Shown here: positions 35,901 to 45,171 of the stretch, one piece after another | Position numbering within the stretch: position 1 is the stretch's first letter | How the letters are laid out: each line of letters begins with the position of its first letter | DNA from: Vitrella brassicaformis CCMP3155 | Taxonomy: Eukaryota > Protista > Chromerida | NCBI GenBank assembly: GCA_001179505.1 | Contig: CDMY01000600.1 | Location: 1 to 45,171, forward strand | DNA length: 45,171 nucleotides | Reading direction: 5' to 3' | Position numbers and translations under genes: made by a program | The notes under the pieces: generated by a model | Seen by the model: only the letters and a program-made list of their open reading frames with translations | Databases searched by the model: none | What the model was told of the DNA's origin: nothing

Positions 35901-36942
35901 ACTGCACCCAAGTGCAGCCCGTCCAGCCTTACTTGAGGTCCACAGATTGGCTGTTGTCCACGAGCAGCAGCTGGCCGCTCTCAGCAGCCACCAGCACACG
36001 CAGATCGGCAATACTCATGCTCGTGGACGACAGAGAGGGTGACACGGCCGCCGGGCGGCCATCGGGCGTCCTCACGTGGAGGTTGGCGGCCGCCCGTGCC
36101 GACTGGTGTGGCGGAAAGAGGACGCACATGCTCATGGGAGGGCTGCGAAGGCCGGCGTCCGCCAGCCGTGTGCACTGGGCCCTCTCGAGTGAGAAGTTGG
36201 CGTAGAGGCGGAGGGCGGCCGACAGCAGCACCACACCATTGTCGAACACACACGCCTGGATCACGCCGCCCTGCACACAACCATGTCGACAAATGATGAT
36301 CAAGGGCATCAATCACGCCATCCTGTTGGTGAGATGTGGGTTGGTTCTCACTTCATTCTTGATCCGCTCGTCGACAGTGAAGAAGTGCATCTGTTCGCAC
36401 AGCGCCGAGAAGGTCCGCACCACACCGTCACCAAACACGCACACCAACACCTGACCGCGCAGAAGACGACCAGCACCCTTCGTGTGTGCGCTGTGCATCC
36501 ATCATTCCTGGTGTTTGTATGTCACCTCTTCGTCGGCCCATTCCATGGCAATGAGCTCCCTGAACGTCCACTGAGCCGAACCCAACCGACGGCCAGCCGC
36601 CGTGTAGGTCTGCGCAATCAACAGACAGACACAAAGGCGAAGTGTGCGGCTCTGCGCCTGCCTGATCTTGCAGAGTGCTTGTGCCGACCTGCAGCTGCGG
36701 GCGCAGCGCGCCTCGGGAAGGCTGGAATATCTTCTCATTGCGCACAGTCGCTGAAGGTGCAGGACAAATGCGGACACTCATGACAGATGCTTTCCGTGTT
36801 GTCTGTTACCTATAGGTCCTCCGAATGGCGCTGCGGCGACGACAGAGAGCCTCAGTTTGTCCCGATCTGCCGCCCAGTCCGTCGGATGAAGGGAATACAG
36901 ATCCGTGCGCCTATACCAAAGCGTGTCGAGTTTCTGCCACAT
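32901..36942 (-). CDS. VPS16: Vacuolar protein sorting-associated protein 16 (HOPS/CORVET core); multi-exon
   Basis: Exon 1 MWQKLDTLWYRRTDLYSL..VVAAAPFGGPI matches VPS16 (W.PLG..FYRK.ELYSM.W..VAAAPYGGPIA). Further matches: KKPKQMV/WCGDD, CLVSELDGVRILT, IGSCEAPAML..ADESLRAIKEEL.EA..ACIEAAAHE, HFKVPDKRYWRVKIDALA and SPIGYDPF. Stop TGA 32901-32903. Confidence 0.93.
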
Positions 36943-36990
36943 CGCGATGAACGTAGCACCGTCAGATCTTGCTTAGAAGCAGCTCCTCTG

Positions 36991-37011
36991 CGCTCGCAAG
37001 CTAAGCTCGCA
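36991..37011 (+). promoter_or_regulatory. AGCTCGCA plus a near-copy in the divergent VPS16 / MOGS gap
   Basis: cgctcgca 36991-36998 and agctcgca 37004-37011, between ATGs 36942 (minus) and 37101 (plus). Confidence 0.55.
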
Positions 37012-37100
37012 AGTGAGAAGAGGGAGGCTTTTCATTCAACAAACACGAAGAAGGACGCAGAAGACATTCTCTATCACCGGCTTTGCTAAATCTGGGCAAT

Positions 37101-40100
37101 ATGTACTGGATCTCTTCGGCCGTGTGCGTCTTCCTGATTCTGCTTCTGTTATCCATCGAAGGGGCCATCAGCATCAGCAGCCTTGACAGCCTCTACACGG
37201 CCGAATACAACGCAACAATGAAATGGGGCACTTATCGGCCCGGCGTCTACTTCGGGACTCGGTCACGAGACCCTCTCAGCGTCCTTCATGGGCTGGCATG
37301 GTCCCGCCCCGATGGCCTGGAGATCCACCATGACTGCAAGCAAGACGAGAAGGTGCGGCAGTTCGGATGGCTGGAGCATGACGGCGCCTCTTACGGCTAT
37401 CAGGAGATCGTCGATGACAGGTCCCACGTGCTGCTGCACACGTCCTTTGCTAAGCATGCCGACAGGCCGGGGGAGATCTTCCACACTCGGGTCGTGGCCA
37501 GGCCGCTGGCGGAGGACGACACCAAGGCAGTGAGCCTACTTGTGTATGTCGGTGTGGAGGATGAGAGCGGCCATGTTGTCGTCGACGAGCAAGTGACGCC
37601 GTTCAAGACCAAAGACGGCAAGAAGCACATCGACGCGAGTGGCTTTACAAAGAGCGGCAAGCTCCGGGTCGGCCTGACGGGATCTGTGCCGCACAAGGAG
37701 AGCGGAATTGGAGACTTTCGGTCTCTAGTTGAGGTGTCAGCGGCTGACGGGACGGCAATCAAGGTGTTCTATCACTCCCTCTCTCTCGACGATGAGGACG
37801 ATCCGGCCGTCAAGACTGTGTGGAACGCGGAGCATCACCTTTCGCAGCACCTGAAGCGGAAAAAGGTCAAGGCCAAGACTGACGCACCCACAGGCGGCCC
37901 TTCCCCACCCCCTGCACCCCAGATCGCCGTGCTACAGGACACCACGGATGACTCTGCCAAGCTGGTGTTCCTGCAGCTGCTCGTCAAGCCACCTGCAGAC
38001 GGCATCACTATCGACACACACTTCTTCACCAGAGCGTCGCTGGAGGCACTGGATGACGCAACAGTCAACGCCCTCCTCTCCCCCTCCCCCTCTGAATACC
38101 TCACCCAACTGCTTGATGCCAAGTCAGCGGCCTTTCACGACAAGTATCGGCGCATATTCCCTGTCAAGCCGACAGGAGGCGGGGAGGACTGGCCAACGAG
38201 CTACGAGAAAGTGGCCAAGGCGGCCTTCTCAAACCTGATCGGCGGCCTCGGCTACTTCCACGGCCCTCTCCCCGTGGCCAAGGGCGCCAAGCCACGCACG
38301 CTGACGGCCTTCTCTGCGGTCCCCAGCCGGTCGTTCTTCCCACGTCCATTTCTGTGGGACGAGGGCTTCCATGGTATGGTGATCAGCAAGTGGGACAGCC
38401 GCGTGTTCCTCGACGTGCTGGTGCACTGGATGGGGCTCATGGACACCGACGGATGGATCCCCCGTGAGCCTGCCCTGTGCGAGGAGGCCTTGACCAGAGT
38501 GCCCGAGCAGTTCCGGCTGCAAAGCAGAGAGGTCAGGGACGGGCGGGGTTGTATGATGCCCAGTAGCACATCTCTCGATTGTCCATTGCTGTGTGTGCAG
38601 GTAGCGAATCCGCCCAGCCTCGTGCTGCCGCTGATGGACCTCATCGATGCGGCAATGGTACAGAATCAAACACCGCCACGACCATGCCAACGTCTGCATG
38701 CACGGCTTGCCATGTGCGCGTCAGGAGAACGGCAAGTGTGCCGTACTATCCTCCCCTGACGACCCGCTGGTCGACAATTCGGCCGCCGACTGCTCGACGC
38801 CATCAGCGGGCGAGTCGCAATGGAGGCAGGCCATCGACCCCGCCCTGCTGTCTGCCGTGGCGTCATCCCTCTACCCCCGGCTGAGTCAGTGGTACCACTT
38901 CCTCAAGAAAAGCCAGGCGTCCAAGACTAAGGGGTGCTACAGGTGGCACCAGCGCACCACCGCACACACATACGGCAGTGGTTTCGACGACTACCCACGG
39001 GGGGTGCTGCCCACCACCACTGAGTGCCACCTGGACCTCCACGTGTGGATGATCGTCATGGCTTCAGCAATGCTCAAGCTCACCAAGTCAGAAAAGACAC
39101 ACAGCATCACTTGCACTCCTGTCTTTATGCTCTGTTCCAATGTGTGTGTATGTCAGGTATCTGCTGAGCCACTCCCCGTCTACCTCTCTCACGCAGAAAG
39201 ACGTCTCGCAGTGGAGCAAGGAGGTGACCCAGCTGCGTGACTTCCTCGTCAAGGACAAGACCAAGCTATACGACCCCTCGACGGGGCTGCTGGCAGACTA
39301 CATGGGCGAGCAGCCCACCACACGCACCGGCGCCCTCATGCTGGTGCCGCCATGGCGGACTGATGGGAGATGTGGAGAGGAGTTCAAACAGGACAACGGC
39401 AAACCTGGTAGGGAAACTGAAACTGCGAGCGTGGCTTGATATCTGCGTGCGCACCTCTGTCTGTGTCTGCATGTGCGTGTAGGTGAGTGTGACCCGTACA
39501 GCCCCTCCCCCTGTTGCTCGCCATCCGGGTGGTGCGGCAGCTCACCGCAGCACTGCCAGTGTGAAGGATGTACCATCTCTCTGCCCCTCGAGAAGCGACC
39601 CAAGATGCCCACCAAAGCTGCCACGTCGCCACACATCGGTGTGGTCTCCCTCTTCCCCTTCCTCTTCGGCATACTCGCCGACCAAACACCTGCCGGCTCG
39701 TCTTCCACATGGCTGGGGAAGCAGCTGCCGGCCATAGTGGATGACGTGATGCTGAGTGAGGATCGTCTGTGGTCGAGGGCGGGGCTGCGGAGCCTCTCCA
39801 AGAGCGATGTACTGTTTGGGAGCGGGGAGAACTACTGGCGCAGCAACGTGTGGATCAACATCAACTTCCTGGCGCTGAGGGCCATCAAAAAGTACTATCT
39901 GCTAGACAGGGAGGAGGGCGGCAGTGGCGATGTGACGCTGCCGGGGCCGCTCAGGGCCTCGATGGACAGGTGAGAGGGACGGGAATATATACGCACGTGC
40001 AGTGCCTGTCGATCTAACCATGGGATTGTCTTGGGCGCATGCAGGCTGTATTGGGAGCTTCGCGAGCGTCTCGTTGCAACCATCATGACCGCATACGAAA

Positions 40101-40289
40101 AACAGGTAATGCACTTTCTGGAATGACCTTGCAGGCCTCGGTATCTCCTCTCTCTCTGTGCGTCCCTATGCGTGTGTGCAGGGCTACATGTATGAGAGCT
40201 ACCACGAGCGGAGTGGGCGAGGTTTGGGTGCGGCGCCGTTCACAGGCTGGACAGCCACCGTGGTGCTCATCGTCGCAGAGCTATTCTGA
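37101..40289 (+). CDS. MOGS: Mannosyl-oligosaccharide glucosidase (ER glucosidase I, GH63) with a hevein-like insert; multi-exon
   Basis: Hydrophobic N-terminus. GH63 motifs KWGTYRPGVYFGTRSR, FGWLEHDG, LIGGLGYFHG, FSAVPSRSFFPRPFLWDEGFH, GWIPRE, ANPP, SGFDDYPR, GVVSLFPFL, LWSRAGLRSLS, YWRSNVWININFLAL and ESYHERSGRGLGAAPFTGWT. Stop TGA 40287-40289. Confidence 0.95.
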
Positions 40290-40725
40290 CCACCATGCGA
40301 TCGCACTGCATGTGGGGACGGCTGGAATTACGTGTCGAGATGCTATTTGTCAGATGAGTTTATGGTGTGTCGTGTGTGCATGAATGAGTGCGTGTAGATT
40401 CAGGTCAGGCAAGTTGAGTAGGCAGGCCTGACGCCAATTAGACCGGAGTGAGCACGTGCGGATTTGGTGAGCATGACATGCAGTCGGGTTGAGAGCTGCA
40501 TCTTTCGTATCCACACATCGTTCGGTCACCCATGGACACATCGTTCCAATCCATGCAGCCCAATTTGCCAAAAGGAAACCACACGCCCATCTGCACAGCC
40601 AAGTACACGACCCATTCGGTGGAGCACGTCTGCTTTCGGTCCCAGGGTGCAGAAGAGGTCTGCGATGCACCGCCCGTGGCGGGGGTGGGGGGCGTGGTGG
40701 GCATGGCGGGTGGGGGCTGGGGCGC

Positions 40726-41906
40726 TTAGTGGGAGAAGGAGGGGGAGGGGACGGGCCGGTCGACCCAGGTCCACGGCTCGGAGAGGGGGATCTCGACAGG
40801 GGTCCACCCGTGCCACTGCAAGAGGTCGACGCGGCCCTACAGACAGACAGACAGACGGACAATCGATGAGCCAGGATGTGTGTGTGGACAGTCTTTCTGG
40901 GTGGGTGGGTGGCTGGCTTACGTGCCACAACTCGAAGCGGGGATAGGAACCGTCGGGCAGCTGGACATCGGGGTGATGGCCCAGCCGCTTCTTGTGGATC
41001 AGTTCCACCTTCCCCTCGAGGATCTGAGGGAGCAATTCAATAAGAGAGAACAACAGTCATCCGATGGGCGCGTCTCCTTCATCCATCGATTCGCGCACTT
41101 TGGGTTTCGGTCCTCCCTTGAGCTTCTTGATCTCCTCGCGGGTGGGGAAGCGGCTGCCGGGCTTCATGTCGGCCAGCACCCGTTCCTTCAGGCACTCGAG
41201 CGTCTTCTCTGGCAGGCGCCGGTGCTGCTGGAGTGGGTCTTTCACCGGCACCCTCCCGCTGCACGCACAAACACGACAGACAGAGAGAGATTGAGGCGAG
41301 ATTCGTGACGTGCCAGTGTCCCTGAATTCCCGTGCAGATGCACTCACGCGCAGGCAGCGTCAATCATCGCCTCTTGACAGGCGACCGCCCACGCCGGGCT
41401 GCCGGCGAAGGCCTTCGTGGTGGTAAAGGGGGTCAGGCCCCGCCCAAGGCGGGCAATGGCGGAATCTCTAGCAGGCTCCACCAGTGCCACTTCAGGTTGG
41501 GCACTCAGCCCTACAGACAGACAGTCGATGAGCCAGGATGTGTGTGTGTGAGGCCTTCAGCACAACACAGAAGCCTTCCGTCATGTCACTGTGCATGTTT
41601 TGCCTGCCTGCTGCCCACCTGCAGCGGCCACCGATGCGTCCGTCATGCTAATGGGACCTGCACAACGGCACACACACAGCTGAGATGCGAAATGCACTGA
41701 CGGATGTGCCAAGGACTCTCTTGTGCGCTCAACCGCTCAGGAGCCAGCTCAGCTTCCAAGCTACCAAATTTGGAGCACTTGGCAATCAATGGCACCGGGA
41801 TTGCGATGTCTGCTGCCCTGCTGAGCTTCTCCACGAGCCGGTGCTTTCAGCAACACGAGCACAGGCCGCGAGGGTCGGTGGAGCAGCTTGAGGGCGGTTG
41901 GCTCAT
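40726..41906 (-). CDS. Orphan 6-exon gene of unknown function; in-frame TGA at codon 20 from the first ATG (possible pseudogene)
   Basis: Phase-consistent exons ending at about 41702, then about 41657-41620, 41510-about 41349, 41258-41099, 41023-40922 and 40836-40726 (TAA). High-GC3 coding such as KDPLQQHRRLPEKTLECLKERVLADMK and GRVDLLQWHGWTPVEIP. ATG 41906 is followed by TGA 41849-41847 in the same frame. Confidence 0.5.
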
Positions 41907-41989
41907 CCACAGCGGACGAGGCTCATTGCCGCTGCTTCCGTGAGGCTCTCAACGATCCAGAATGCGTCGAAATTCCCCCATCGGTCTCA

Positions 41990-42215
41990 TTTTGCGAGCT
42001 TGAAATTGCGGGCCGTTCGGCTTTTTTCGCTTCGTTCGCGAGTTTTCTCGAGGGATGTGTGTGTGCCATTGCACAGAGGACCCCCTCAGCCGATAAAATC
42101 AGAAAACGAATTTGCCACTGTTGAGAAAATCAGCCGTTCGATCCTCACTCGATCGGCTTCTGCGGCCGCTGCCGAGGGCCTGTTGGGCTGCCCGGGGGGC
42201 TGGGCGGCCTCTTGA
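41990..42215 (-). repeat. Dispersed non-coding upstream cassette, copy B
   Basis: Reverse complement matches 25583-25810 in the same block order and the same orientation relative to the downstream gene. Confidence 0.8.
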
Positions 42216-42697
42216 CGGCCGCCGTGACCGGCAAGAAAGGCAAAAAGACGAAGGCAATGCGTCCCCTTCGCCATCAGCACACTCGGCTGAGGTGTGTGTG
42301 AGTGCGGTGGCGTCAAGTATCGGCTCGTATGCATAGCGCCATGCAGTGCGGTCAGCACGGCGGAGGTCTGGCAAGTCACGCAAACACAGTGAAGACAGCA
42401 CAGAGTACAATGGGCGACATGGTGTGTCTTGGAAGGATGGAGCACACTGAGAGGGAGATACCTGTCTGTCTGTCTGTCTGTCCGATGACACAGCGCCGTC
42501 GTTGGTCACACTTGATACGTTCGTTTATTACACCCACCGTGGAGGTCTCCTCAGCACCACTCAGAGAGAATCAGGCTCCGCGAACACACACACTCCCATC
42601 CCCCCCACACACTCACGTCGCTGCCCCACCAGCAGAGCCTCATCCTCACAGAAGAATCGAACACCTGTGGTGCCGGTATTAAATGGGTCGAGTGATT

Positions 42698-42917
42698 TCA
42701 GGCGCCGTTCTCCTCGTCAGCCGATGCACTGTCACCTGTCATGAAGACACACGTGCACACCTGGATGTCGCGCATAGACGTCAGGACATGTGTGGTGTGT
42801 CTTCTTTCCTGTGTACCTCCGCTGTCCTCTCCGTTGATGTCGTCATCCAGATCATCCCAACCACCGCCATGGCCGTCGGAATCTACACCACACACACACA
42901 CACACACACACACACAA

Positions 42918-42951
<34 letters not shown>

Positions 42952-45171
42952 AGAGACGCCATCCGTCCATCCATGGCCACCATGTGTGTGTGTCCCTCCC
43001 TCCCTGTCCACACCGTCATCATCGTAGCTGTTATCGTCTACTTGGCCGTCGAAGACGTATGGCGCCACCCGCCTCAACGCCACACGGGCCAGCTGAGTGG
43101 TCAAGAGGAAGCGGTCCTTAAAGGCACCCCTCACACGCACGGGCGCCTCGGTCGTCAGAACACTGACGCACACTGCAGACAGTCACACACAGACAGCACT
43201 GGTGATATGTGACCACCAGAGCTGCCTTCCTGTCATACTTACCGATGCCGTTGCCACAACCCTTCACGTTCATCCACGCGACGAAGTTGTGGCTGCTGTT
43301 GGTCAGCACCAGATCCCGTATGTCACCGTCACAGCTCATTGTGGTGGTGCACCCGGCCACGGGTGTGTGGGGCGACTGGGTGAGGAGGCCATCCAGACGG
43401 CCGCCACCAACACGCCTGAACCAACCAGACACACAAACACAAACACAGACGCACCCCTTTTGCAACTGGTGCCATTGATGTGGTACCTGTTGGGCGATAT
43501 GAATGTGCTATTGGTCTGGTGAGTCCCGTTGAAGTGGACGATGACCATGCTCTTGGCGAACGACGATAGCGACGCATCGGTGGTCGGGAGGATCGACAAC
43601 TATCTGCCCGAGTAGAAGATCTCGCTGTGCACTGGCGGGTCGTGCTCCAGTCGGTGCCGCTCATACAGATGGCCGGCACCGGGGAGGGGCGGGTTGACAT
43701 CCAGCCGGAAGCCGGGCGTGTCCTTGATGGCCCGCACCTCACCATTCCCATGGCGGAAGATCTGGAGGCGGCTGCTCTTGCCGAAGTCCACGTGGCGGCC
43801 GACCATCATGAACTGCGCCAACACACGAGCTACCGATCCATACGCCTACACGACACCACACAGACAGAGAGAGAGAGAGAGAGAGAGGAATGACTGAGGC
43901 CTCCCTGTTCTCCCGCCCCTGTGTGTGTGCGTGCCTTACCGCCTTGTTGGCGTGTGTGTTGATGTCATCTGTCGTGAGGTTGAGGGGCAGCGTGCAGTAG
44001 CGGCACTGGCTGGCCCACTGCAGCACCTCTCGCATCTCTTCCCACCGCCCGCCCTCCTCGGCTATCCACACCGCCGCCATGAGCTCACCCATCCCCAGAG
44101 ATGGGTCGAACTGCACCAGCTGCAGATGCTGAGTGTTGATGCCATCTCCGTCACGGCTCAGTGAGTTGGCGAGGCGGGTGCGCAGCTCAGCTATGGTGAA
44201 GGCAGCCCGGATGCGCCGCGATGTGGCCCTCAGGCGGGCAACCGTGACGATGTCGGGCAGATGGCCTCGGCTGCCAACGAACAAGTAGCTGACGGGATGC
44301 TCCTGGGCGGACAGAAAGATATGGACTGCATGGCGCCAGCAAGGGGTTCCTGTTGGGTTGGGTTTGCCTCACCTGTCCATCAGACGTGTGCTGGCCAGAG
44401 GGTGATGTGTCATCATGCGGCGACCGGGACACCACTCGAGGCGACACGAAAGACGACCGGCCTCTGCTGTGGCTGCCGCTCTTGTTGAGAGCACGTGGCG
44501 CGATGATCTTGTTGTGGTGGTTGCCCTCTGTCATCTCCGCCGGCCCCTTCTCGACCTCGCGAGGCAGCACTGAGGTCATCTTAGTGGTGAAGAAGGGGCA
44601 TGACGTCGTCCACTCGCACAGCGGCTCACTCGTCAGACCGCCGACACCCTGACAGACAGACAGACAGACAGACAGACACACAGACAGACAAGGGGAGTGA
44701 GAGCAATGAATCCCGAGAGCCATGTCTGTCAGTGCATTTCACACACTGACCTCCTGAAGCTGTTGCTGGCCTTTGCTCTCTCCTCCTTGCCCAAGGTCCC
44801 CCGACACACCACCTGCACACACACACACAGACGGCTCTTGGTGCATCTTATGGGTCGCCGTGTCATCCCTCTGTCGTCTCATACCCCGGCCACCAGCAGC
44901 AGACACAGCACTAGCAGTAGCGGCAAGGAAAGAGGGCACCGAGGAGCCATCCGCCCTCACAGCAGCATGGGCCTGCACACACACATGTGCATCAGATTGC
45001 CCGGCGCCACTGATGCTCTCTCTCCTCTTCGAGAACCTACCGAGTGAGGTGCGTCAGATGTGTCGCTTGCCTCTCCTTCTACGCCACTCGCCTCGCCAGC
45101 ACCGACCTGAGGGCACACCACACCACACGAAGCCATGCAAGTGCACCCACATCCCGCACATATGTCGACGT
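42698..45171 (-). pseudogene. Mosaic F-box-like family gene, 5' end outside the window, with an in-frame TAG
   Basis: Exons 45106-45041, 44972-44885, about 44812-44751, 44648-44373, 44302-43940, 43845-about 43488 and further exons to TGA 42698-42700. TAG 43600-43602 separates abutting same-frame ORFs 43600-43824 and 43336-43599. Acidic C-terminal tail. Confidence 0.65.

Noticed and set aside
40530-40570. Direct repeat acacatcgttc (x2) as part of a SECIS or other structured RNA
   Set aside because: The RUGA-N11-12-AA..GA spacing is not met, and an 11-nt duplication can arise by chance.
25583-42215. Inverted copies at 25.6 kb and 42.1 kb as terminal inverted repeats of one 16-kb transposon
   Set aside because: The copies are diverged, the enclosed region holds housekeeping genes (VPS16, MOGS) and no transposase, and each copy sits upstream of its own gene. 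Target-site duplications were not checked rigorously.
4991-43602. UAG reassigned to Gln (variant genetic code)
   Set aside because: I noticed no in-frame TAG in the long conserved genes (VIRMA, VPS16, MOGS) despite many Gln codons. TAG also appears as an apparent terminal stop (2352-2354), and internal TGA stops and a frameshift occur in the same family genes. Decay fits better. Genome-wide stop-codon usage would settle it.
255-45047. Numerous overlapping and antisense ORFs of 60-200 aa in the six-frame track
   Set aside because: Expected shadows of GC-rich exons with high GC3. They lack splice-consistent or homology support.

Overview
GC-rich, intron-dense eukaryotic nuclear DNA. Short GT-AG introns (about 45-250 nt), CA-rich 5' and TG/CT-rich 3' intron ends, GACA/CA/GA microsatellites and the style of the multi-copy families suggest a chromerid alveolate such as Vitrella brassicaformis. 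This is an inference; no search was run. Manual splicing gives 12 gene models. Recognisable conserved genes are Virilizer/VIRMA (m6A writer subunit, 14242-5370, minus), VPS16 (36942-32901, minus) and ER glucosidase I/MOGS with a hevein-like insert (37101-40289). There is also a secreted coiled-coil protein resembling trichocyst-matrix precursors (14387-19824) and a SKP1-like domain apparently fused to an F-box/LRR-like body (23635-20182, minus). The rest are lineage-specific ankyrin-like, F-box-like and orphan genes. These appear to be built by intron-bounded exon shuffling (shared leader exons and shared three-exon blocks joined to unrelated bodies), and several carry in-frame TAG stops compatible with CpA>TpA mutation. 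An 8-mer, AGCTCGCA, lies in the upstream or divergent intergenic region of 10 of the 11 gene starts visible. I saw no rRNA, tRNA, CRISPR or intact transposon. Most short ORFs in the six-frame track are shadows of GC-rich exons. Exon boundaries were derived by hand and need RNA-seq confirmation.
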